Virus record (IMG/VR): IMGVR_UViG_3300007735_000758
Location: 1 to 56,915 of that record
Reading direction: 5' to 3' (one strand)
DNA from: a virus
Taxonomy: Duplodnaviria; Caudoviricetes
Length of the DNA stretch: 56,915 bases
Shown here: in pieces, positions 17,421 to 23,782 of the stretch
How the letters are laid out: each line of letters starts with the position of its first letter
How positions within the stretch are numbered: the first letter of the stretch is position 1
Program-made: the position numbers and the translations under genes
The notes under the pieces: model-generated
What the model was told of the DNA's origin: nothing
The model's database searches: none
The model's input: the letters and a program-made list of their open reading frames with translations, nothing else

Positions 17421-18428
17421 ATGTGGCTGAGAATACCTACATCTCACTGTTCTCCGGCTACGGAGGACTCGACCTCGCCGTCCGACGCGCTTTGCCAGAG
17501 GCTCGCTGTGTCTGCTACGTGGAGAGGGAAACTCCTGCGGCCGCAATCCTGGCGTCTCGCATGGAAGACGGAGGGCTGGAGGACGCGCCTATCTGGTCTG
17601 ACATTGTCACCTTCCCAAGCCGACTGTTTCGTGGCCGCGTGGCTGGACTCGTTGGCGGGTTCCCCTGCCAGGACCTCAGCGTTGCAGGGCGACAAGCCGG
17701 AATCGAGGGAGAGCGAAGCGGATTGTTTTTTGAGATCGTCCGACTCGTTCGCGAGTTGGAGTCCGTCGAGTGGCTCTTTCTTGAGAACGTCCCGCCAGTT
17801 CTCAATTTTCCAGCAGGAACAACCGTTCTTGGAGAACTTGCCGCGCTCGGGTTCGATGCGGAATGGGGAACTTTACGAGCGTCCGATGTTGGTGGATCGC
17901 ACCGGCGAGAGCGGGCGTTTGTGCTGGCTTACCGCACGGGCCGAGGACTCGGAAAGCTGCGGGAATCATCCGGGGGCGGTGGATTTATTAACGGAGGGGC
18001 AGACGATGCACAGGCCGACACCCCGCACGATCACGGGCGGCGCGGAATCAGCGGAGCGGAAACAGGAACTGGGCAGGACGGAGAGCGGTGGATCGGGCCT
18101 GCAATCGGCAGCCGCCAACTGGCCAACACCAACCACCCGCGACTGGAAATCCGGCGAGGCGAGCGAGGAAACGATGAACAGGAACGCAAGGCCGTTATCG
18201 GAAATCGCCTCCCACTTTTCCCTCCCGGCCCCGCCGACCTCAACGCATGGCGGCAAGTCCCCGAGTGGCTCCACCCGGCGGTTGAACCCGGACTTCGTCG
18301 ACTGGCTGATGGGGCTAATACCCGGATGGACCGACTACGCGCCGCTGGAAACGGCGTCGTACCTCTCCAGGGTGCGGTCGCTCTTGCGCTCCTACTCGGG
18401 AGGGCGCGGTAGCCGCGTAAGCCTTTAA
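17421..18428 (+). CDS. Overlapping alternative-frame polypeptide carrying TRD-like PTP repeats and MTase motif IX
   Basis: Open across the whole MTase gene; RPTP, WPTPTTRDWK and RRLNPDFVDWLMGLIPGWT. Start position is uncertain. Confidence 0.65.
   Translation: MWLRIPTSHCSPATEDSTSPSDALCQRLAVSATWRGKLLRPQSWRLAWKTEGWRTRLSGLTLSPSQADCFVAAWLDSLAGSPARTSALQGDKPESRESEADCFLRSSDSFASWSPSSGSFLRTSRQFSIFQQEQPFLENLPRSGSMRNGELYERPMLVDRTGESGRLCWLTARAEDSESCGNHPGAVDLLTEGQTMHRPTPRTITGGAESAERKQELGRTESGGSGLQSAAANWPTPTTRDWKSGEASEETMNRNARPLSEIASHFSLPAPPTSTHGGKSPSGSTRRLNPDFVDWLMGLIPGWTDYAPLETASYLSRVRSLLRSYSGGRGSRVSL
17423..18412 (+). CDS. C5-cytosine DNA methyltransferase (main frame; motifs I-VIII and X)
   Basis: SLFSGYGG (I), GGFPCQDLS (IV), ENV (VI), HRRERAF (VIII), RLRAAGNGVVP (X); GTG start at 17423. 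Confidence 0.92.
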   Translation: MAENTYISLFSGYGGLDLAVRRALPEARCVCYVERETPAAAILASRMEDGGLEDAPIWSDIVTFPSRLFRGRVAGLVGGFPCQDLSVAGRQAGIEGERSGLFFEIVRLVRELESVEWLFLENVPPVLNFPAGTTVLGELAALGFDAEWGTLRASDVGGSHRRERAFVLAYRTGRGLGKLRESSGGGGFINGGADDAQADTPHDHGRRGISGAETGTGQDGERWIGPAIGSRQLANTNHPRLEIRRGERGNDEQERKAVIGNRLPLFPPGPADLNAWRQVPEWLHPAVEPGLRRLADGANTRMDRLRAAGNGVVPLQGAVALALLLGRAR

Positions 18429-18449
18429 TGATTTGCATGGAGAAAAAGA

Positions 18450-18839
18450 ATGGATGAAAACAACCAACCTAAACCTCCTTCCTGGGAAGAGGAAATCTTT
18501 GAAAGCATTAATCCTGGCACCGAAGAAAAGAAACGCGAGTTCTTAAAGCAAGGGACAAGCTGGCTGCGCTCCGTTGCCCCTGATCCTACGGCTGATTGGA
18601 TAGGCCCACACAGTGGGCTTAACTTTGGCCCCTTGGAGTTCAAGCAAAAGCAAACTCCTCTCCCTGCGCCAGAGATTACCCCCACCTCCCTACTCTATTC
18701 CCTACAAGCATTCGATGCAATTGTACAGAAGGTCGTAGAGATAAATGCAGGTAGGTGGATCTTCCCGGAAGACGCTCCTATCCTCGTTCGCGCCGTGTTA
18801 AAAGCTATCGCAGAGGTCAACAATGCTCAACCCCGTTAA
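18450..18839 (+). CDS. Hypothetical protein
   Basis: 129-aa ORF with SD GGAG. Confidence 0.6.
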   Translation: MDENNQPKPPSWEEEIFESINPGTEEKKREFLKQGTSWLRSVAPDPTADWIGPHSGLNFGPLEFKQKQTPLPAPEITPTSLLYSLQAFDAIVQKVVEINAGRWIFPEDAPILVRAVLKAIAEVNNAQPR

Positions 18840-19368
18840 AGACATTCACGTCCTCCCCTGTAACGACAACCAATCCCACACCGAAGGAAAAGATTGCCCC
18901 TGCAATCCAGAAGTAGAAAATCAATTTAACGGCGTCTCCCTAATTATTCACAACTACTTCATGTACCCAAAGATCAACTTCTTAATCGGGCGCACCTGCA
19001 CCCAGGTAAAGGTCATAGACATCAATTCCCAAGCCGCAACAGAACTCCCCCGGCGCGGTGACGAGATAGACGACTGCATCACCTTCACAACAGAAGACGG
19101 CACACTCACCATGCGCCATCAACAAGATTGCTGCGAAGCCGTACAAATCAAACAAATAGACGGCGACATCAACGACCTCGTCGGAACACCCATCCTCAAT
19201 GCATACTGCGAAACCAACCCCGTAGAAGATCTAGATTACGGAATAGGACAATGGACCTTCTATCGCCTCCAAACCGCTAAAGGCCCTGTCGTCATCTCTT
19301 GGTACGGAGAGTCCAACGGATACTACTCCGTAGAAGTAGACCTTATATGGACACCAAATACTCAATAG
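18823..19368 (+). CDS. Hypothetical protein (His/Cys N-domain plus DCCE...ESNGYYS domain)
   Basis: HVLPCND..H...CPCNP...IIHN followed by HQQDCCE...WTFY...WYGESNGYYSVEV. Confidence 0.75.
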   Translation: MLNPVKDIHVLPCNDNQSHTEGKDCPCNPEVENQFNGVSLIIHNYFMYPKINFLIGRTCTQVKVIDINSQAATELPRRGDEIDDCITFTTEDGTLTMRHQQDCCEAVQIKQIDGDINDLVGTPILNAYCETNPVEDLDYGIGQWTFYRLQTAKGPVVISWYGESNGYYSVEVDLIWTPNTQ

Positions 19369-19628
19369 ACGAAGAACAACCGAAACATCACTCCAGCAAA
19401 AACCGTAAGGCATGGTGCAAAGGAGTAGAAGGCAGACACCACCAAACTACCCTCGCGCCAGCAAAGTACTGCACAGAAGAAATTAAAACCCTCGTAGAAC
19501 TCTGCACAAAATGCGGCAAACACATCAACTACTTCTGGAAACCATACCTCCTCTCCCCTCGCTCCAATAGAGAATGGCAAATATGGGACGAAGCATGGAC
19601 CCGATACAGAGAACAACGTAAGCTCTAG
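19338..19628 (+). CDS. Hypothetical Zn-binding protein (start approximate)
   Basis: KAWCKGVEGRHH...C...CTKCGKH. Confidence 0.55.
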   Translation, partial: RPYMDTKYSIDEEQPKHHSSKNRKAWCKGVEGRHHQTTLAPAKYCTEEIKTLVELCTKCGKHINYFWKPYLLSPRSNREWQIWDEAWTRYREQRKL

Positions 19629-19657
19629 CAGAGCCTAAATCTAAATACACACTCCGC

Positions 19658-19689
19658 AAAGGCTGGATAAACACCAGCCTTTTTTATTT
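19658..19689 (+). terminator. Intrinsic terminator ending the plus-strand block
   Basis: AAAGGCTGG-ATAAACA-CCAGCCTTT followed by a T-run. Confidence 0.8.
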
Positions 19690-19741
19690 GCCGCAGTGTA
19701 AATAAATATATCTGGGCGCAAGCAGGGGACCCAAATGGTAA

Positions 19742-19890
19742 GGGGGGGGGTCGGTTGGAGCAGGTGGAAGAAGGTGGGAGGGGATGGGGGAAATAAGGGG
19801 GGGGTAAATGTGTGGAATCGGATGTGTGGAGTACTATGCATACACACACCACCGCACCTCCCCTACTCCCCCTCCCCCACCCCCGTGGGG
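19742..19890. other. G-tract then C-tract segment at the 3' end of terS (candidate packaging/genome-end signal)
   Basis: G9 at 19742, G8 at 19797 and several other G runs, followed by C runs at 19857-19884. Confidence 0.35.
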
Positions 19891-20480
19891 GCCTCCGCTA
19901 CCGCCTCCAGCATCAAGCCACCAGGGCTAACATCACCATCCATGTTAGTAACATCAGAGTAAGTGGTAGTAAGTGAGTTAGCGCCATGCGTCTCCATGTT
20001 ACCAAGTAACATAGTTAGTTTGGCTCGCAACACATCGCCGAGTGACTTATTCAACTCAGCATTACTCTCGTTTGATGATGGCTCTTCGAAGATACTCGCG
20101 TATCTTGTTTTACCTACAAGCTCTAGTGCTTTCAGCCTGGTTATGTCTGAATCGGTGTTAGTTGCGGTATTAGTGAGGCCGTCCATGACGAACTTACGGA
20201 GCCTGGTCTTATCCTCCCACCAACTTGCCATTCTCTCCGCCTCCATTGCTTGTATCGCTACCGCAACATTAGGCTTCTTACTAACCTTCACCGATTGCAC
20301 TCTACCAGCGTTTGCGTTCCCATTCCACTTATACGCTTGCCTGTAGGCTTCCGCCTTACTAAGCCCTCCAAACACCAACCCCTCTGCAAACTTTCTCTGT
20401 TTCGGCGTTAACTTGCCTACTATCTCCTCTAGCGTGAGTTTCTTTCCATCCTGATAAACCCTAGTTACTTTGTTACTCAT
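19863..20480 (-). CDS. terS: Terminase small subunit
   Basis: LTPKQRKFAEGL...AEAYRQAY HTH, KPNV..AI and RLKALELVGK. Confidence 0.8.
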   Translation of the reverse strand: MSNKVTRVYQDGKKLTLEEIVGKLTPKQRKFAEGLVFGGLSKAEAYRQAYKWNGNANAGRVQSVKVSKKPNVAVAIQAMEAERMASWWEDKTRLRKFVMDGLTNTATNTDSDITRLKALELVGKTRYASIFEEPSSNESNAELNKSLGDVLRAKLTMLLGNMETHGANSLTTTYSDVTNMDGDVSPGGLMLEAVAEAPTGVGEGE

Positions 20481-20612
20481 GCGACTATATTAACACATAT
20501 TAATCTATCCTTTCGCATATAAGGAAACACGCGCGCGCGGTTTCCTTTAATCGCAAAAAAACACCAAACGAAAATTGCGGCGGCGGGCCCCACGAGCGCT
20601 ATTTCCGATAAG

Positions 20613-20706
20613 TCCTTTGTTTTCAACAAAACCCCCGAAATCTGGGACTTTTTTGGGAGAACATTAAAATCCCTCAATAATCGCTATCTCGTTGAAAACA
20701 AAAGGA
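20613..20706. repeat. Inverted repeat pair
   Basis: TCCTTTGTTTTCAAC (20613-20627) / GTTGAAAACAAAAGGA (20691-20706); perfect 12-bp core. Confidence 0.8.
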
Positions 20707-20760
20707 TTGGCCGGATGGACTTTCCTATAAACGGCGTGATTGAATAGTTGACAGTGGTGA

Positions 20761-21024
20761 CGCCGCCGCCTCAGGGCTGATAAACGTAAGCCGACCATCA
20801 CGAAATAGCCTGGAGAGACAACCAGGCGACAGCACGCCAAACGGACAGTTTGTGATGCTGACTGAGTCAGGAAAAACCTTGCAGCCGCTTTAGGGCAGAT
20901 AAACGTAAGACGAGGTTGTTCGATGTTGACGGTCAGCGGCATGGGCGGATGTTCCCCTATAACGTGCCGATGTGTCTTAGCATATAATCTCGCCGCCGCC
21001 TCAGGGCTGATAAACGTAAGCCGA
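20761..21024 (+). repeat. Module A, 34 nt x3 (20761-20794, 20880-20913, 20991-21024)
   Basis: CGCCGCCGCCTCAGGGCTGATAAACGTAAGCCGA; copies 1 and 3 are identical, copy 2 matches at 28/34. Confidence 0.95.
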
Positions 21025-21179
21025 GCTTACAAGCTAAGATTCTCTCAGCCAACTACCAGTTAACGGAGTAAGTCACTAGGTAGACGTTGATCGTATCCAA
21101 TAGGAAACCCTCACGCGCAAGTAACAACGTGACGTTAAAGCCATAGCCTATGGCTTGTTGAGCAATAAATGCACGCGTT

Positions 21180-21484
21180 GCCGAAATAACAGTAACCATA
21201 ACGGTGAATACATAGTAGGCGCATAAGCATAGCATTTAGCGGAGAAACACGCACCTACGGGAGCATCCGTCTAACGCATAATTGAACACTATAGGCACAC
21301 TGGTACTAACGTGTAAGTGATCCGGTCACTTACAGTCATATCATGTTGGCGCGTGGTAAAGGTAAGCGCCAAACAACGCAGAAGCGATAGCAAGTGGAGC
21401 GGGACAGGCGCGCTGATATATGGCACTCCGTCAGTAAATCAGAGCCGAAATAACAGTAACCCTAGCGGTGAATATACAGTAGGC
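21180..21484 (+). repeat. Module B, 41 nt x2 (21180-21220, 21444-21484)
   Basis: GCCGAAATAACAGTAACC-n5-GGTGAATAYAYAGTAGGC; 37/41 identical. Confidence 0.95.
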
Positions 21485-21670
21485 CAGAATTGAATAGGAA
21501 CTATATATTAGATTAAACGCGAATAAGTTAAGTAGCGAGATAGTAGAAAAAGCCAAATCTATAATGGGTCCGGTGCAAACTGGACCCATTTACCATTTAG
21601 CAACTAAATAAAGCCACATTCTGACAAGTGTGGCTCTATGTAGTTTCTAAACTACCAACAGGAGACAATT

Positions 21671-22348
21671 ATGACAACATACCACATCACGATGAAATCA
21701 CAGAACGGTAAAACCGGACCGATTCCGGTTACCACTACTAGTAAAGAAACTTGTTTCACTGGTTGCGGGCAGTATGAGAACTGCTACGCGAAACAGGGGC
21801 CTCTGGCGCTCCACTGGAACAAAGTCTCTGACGGGTCGCGCGGAATGACCCTGGCGCAGTTCTGCGCCGCTATCGAATCGCTTCCCGAGGGTACGCTCTG
21901 GAGACACAATCAAGCCGGGGATCTCCCCGGCGCTGATGGTAACATCGACCGCCGCGCATTGACAGATATCGTGATCGCCAACCTCAACAAACGTGGGTTC
22001 ACCTACACCCACAAGCCCATGACGCAGGAGAACGCCGGGATCGTGAAGAACGCTAACGCGCTTGGGTTCACCGTGAACTTGAGCGCCGATACCGTGGCGC
22101 AAGCTGACGAGTATGTATCGCTGGGCGTTGCTCCGGTAGTCCTCACAGTGCCGGAAGATACCCGCGCCAACTTCACCACTCCAGCGGGGAATAAAGTCGT
22201 AATCTGCCCCGCCGAAACCAAGGGCGTGACCTGCGCCGATTGCAAGCTTTGCGCGTGGTCGGGCCGGAAGGCTATCATCGCTTTCCCCGCTCACGGATCG
22301 AAGAAGAAGGCCGTCACCGCCGACAAGGTGTTTAACATCATCGCATAA
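21671..22348 (+). CDS. Gp88-like Cys-cluster phage protein
   Basis: NGKTGPIP, TCxxxCxxxxxCYA, RHNQAGDL, FTYTH and C-terminal CP....TCADCKLC; SD AGGAG. Confidence 0.65.
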   Translation: MTTYHITMKSQNGKTGPIPVTTTSKETCFTGCGQYENCYAKQGPLALHWNKVSDGSRGMTLAQFCAAIESLPEGTLWRHNQAGDLPGADGNIDRRALTDIVIANLNKRGFTYTHKPMTQENAGIVKNANALGFTVNLSADTVAQADEYVSLGVAPVVLTVPEDTRANFTTPAGNKVVICPAETKGVTCADCKLCAWSGRKAIIAFPAHGSKKKAVTADKVFNIIA

Positions 22349-22401
22349 GGGCTGACAACAGCCCCAAGTGGTATCAACAAAGGGTAGCTACGGCTACCCT
22401 T
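22349..22401 (+). promoter_or_regulatory. Tandem hairpins upstream of csx16
   Basis: GGGCTG-ACAA-CAGCCC and AAGGGTAGC-TACG-GCTACCCTT (cUNCGg loop); no U tract. Confidence 0.55.
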
Positions 22402-22433
22402 GATTGGTGACACTTCACCTATTGGAGAAAGTT

Positions 22434-22757
22434 ATGTATATCATCATTTCGCGGCACCCTGCCGCTATCGATTTCATCCGCGCCAACGATGCGCGGTTTT
22501 TGACGGCGCCCGTCATCACGGGCAACGCCACGCCCGAAGATGTTCGGGGCAAGGTGGTAGCGGGTAACATCCCGCTATCCCTCGCCGCACTAGCAGACGA
22601 GGTCGTCGCCGTGGAGTTCTCCGGCGCACCGCCTCGCGGCGCGGAGTACACCGCCGCCGACATGGTCGCCGCTGGTGCGCGTCTGGAAGCGTATGTGGTC
22701 AAGCGCAGTATTGCGTTTGACTACTGCGTCACGCACTCGCGAGCTGACGCATTTTAG
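22434..22757 (+). CDS. csx16: Csx16 (Cas_VVA1548)-family protein; candidate cA4 ring nuclease / anti-type III CRISPR
   Basis: ISRHPAAIDF...VVAGNIPLSLAA...RGAEYTAADMVAAGARLEAYVV matches the recalled Csx16 pattern SRHPGA...VIGTLP.HLAA...RG.EL...GARL..Y.V; SD GGAG. Confidence 0.75.
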   Translation: MYIIISRHPAAIDFIRANDARFLTAPVITGNATPEDVRGKVVAGNIPLSLAALADEVVAVEFSGAPPRGAEYTAADMVAAGARLEAYVVKRSIAFDYCVTHSRADAF

Positions 22758-22820
22758 TCGAAACACGGGTATAACCCGTGTCTGCGGGAATTAGCCTACC
22801 CGCACTGAAGAGACAGGCTA
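22757..22820 (+). ncRNA. Type II hammerhead ribozyme with 3' pseudoknot
   Basis: GUC-GAAA, stem III CACGGG/CCCGUG, UC cleavage site, stem I UGCGGG/CCCGCA, CUGAAGA-GAC. Loop I UAGCCU pairs with downstream AGGCUA. Confidence 0.9.
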
Positions 22821-22834
22821 GGAGGATTGATTGT

Positions 22835-23089
22835 ATGTTGAATAGAAAGACCGTACGCGCCGCCAGGGTGCGGTTTGTTGAGGCGCTGTACAAGCGCCAC
22901 GCTGTTTCTGGGCTCCGTCAGGGCTACGATATCGCCCTGACTATTAGCATGAGAACAGGCGTCCCCGTGGCCGCTATCGTGGCTACCAAGGGTGAAGATA
23001 GCCTGACGTGGGGGTCATCCAGGATCAAACGCCACAAGGCGTGGAAATCGCTATTGCTGGAAGCAGACTTATTACTGGAGGTGGACTAA
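22835..23089 (+). CDS. Hypothetical basic protein
   Basis: SD GGAGG at 22821-22825, ATG at 22835. Confidence 0.65.
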   Translation: MLNRKTVRAARVRFVEALYKRHAVSGLRQGYDIALTISMRTGVPVAAIVATKGEDSLTWGSSRIKRHKAWKSLLLEADLLLEVD

Positions 23090-23172
23090 TGGATTGGTCC
23101 GACATCCTCGACGGCTTCGCCTTCATGGGCGTAGCCGCTATCCTTTTGGTGATCTACATCACCATTTACTAA
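23089..23172 (+). CDS. 27-aa single-TM microprotein
   Basis: TAATG overlap, SD GGAGGT; MDWSDILDGFAFMGVAAILLVIYITIY. Confidence 0.6.
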   Translation: MDWSDILDGFAFMGVAAILLVIYITIY

Positions 23173-23227
23173 CAAATAACTGACCAGATTTGGGCAGTCT
23201 AAACACAAGACAACCAATAGGAGTAAT

Positions 23228-23413
23228 ATGAAATACGCAGAAGCAAAAAAGATCGTAAAAGAATTGGGCATGAAGTTGTCCCTGAATCGAGACTACAACG
23301 AGTATCGCGTTGCTCTACCAGGAGAAGATGCAGAGGCATCTGCCTACTACACAGAAGACCTTGAAGACGCCGTTGGGACAGCCAAGGCGATGACTCAGTG
23401 GGGGTTGCAGTAA
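23228..23413 (+). CDS. Small phage protein (EYRV...YYTEDLEDAVGTA type)
   Basis: 61 aa, SD AGGAG. Confidence 0.75.
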   Translation: MKYAEAKKIVKELGMKLSLNRDYNEYRVALPGEDAEASAYYTEDLEDAVGTAKAMTQWGLQ

Positions 23414-23694
23414 TGCTATTGACTACCAAATATCCCGGCACCTGCGGATCGTGCGGTGCCTCTATCAGCGCGGGGTCTCGCGCCAATTATCAGAAGTTGT
23501 TGGGCATCTACTGCCCGACCTGTCCTACGCCGAAGCGCAAGGGCAAGGCGACAGGCCAACGCCTTTACTCGCCCTATCGCCCTGCTGGCTACTACGCCAG
23601 CAAGGCTGACCCTCGCGGCCTGTACACTCCAGAAGGGAGATGTGTCGGGCGCATGGCGTGCGGCCACGAGGACTATCCCTGCTGCGGCTGCTAG
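23413..23694 (+). CDS. Small Cys-rich protein ending CGHEDYPCCGC
   Basis: KYPGTCGSCG...CPTC...CGHEDYPCCGC; TAATG coupling. Confidence 0.75.
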   Translation: MLLTTKYPGTCGSCGASISAGSRANYQKLLGIYCPTCPTPKRKGKATGQRLYSPYRPAGYYASKADPRGLYTPEGRCVGRMACGHEDYPCCGC

Positions 23695-23782
23695 CGTACT
23701 GACCAAGCACATTCTATGAGTGTGCTTGGATGAGTACACTGTACTCTGTCCAAATTTGGACAAACCAACTAGGAGAAAACCT

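Larger units (their letters stand above)
20710..21660 (+). ncRNA. Candidate large structured non-coding RNA / array of repeated RNA modules
   Basis: About 950 nt with no credible ORF, near-continuous hairpins, three copies of a 34-nt module, two of a 41-nt module and two of a short module. Confidence 0.65.

Noticed and set aside
20761-21024. Module A repeats as a CRISPR mini-array
   Set aside because: Gaps of 85 and 77 nt are too long and are themselves structured, the middle copy is the divergent one, and there is no cas operon.
20761-21024. Module A as a pistol ribozyme or ZTP riboswitch
   Set aside because: It shares UAGGGC/UAAA/UAAG words with pistol and GCCGCC..GGGC with ZTP P3, but the pistol pseudoknot partner (CCCUAA/CCCUGA) and the ZTP GACUGGCG domain are missing.
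20477-21235. ORFs 20477..20677, 20664..20942 and 21053..21235 on the minus strand
   Set aside because: No RBS, no protein-like features, and they overlap the repeat and hairpin region.
21180-21484. Canonical c-di-AMP (ydaO) riboswitch, or a DGR template/variable repeat pair
   Set aside because: Only short segments match ydaO and its multi-helix fold is absent. The differences between copies are not adenine-specific and there is no reverse transcriptase.
22778-22834. GTG start at 22778 for the gene ending 23089
   Set aside because: It lies within the hammerhead; ATG 22835 has a GGAGG SD.
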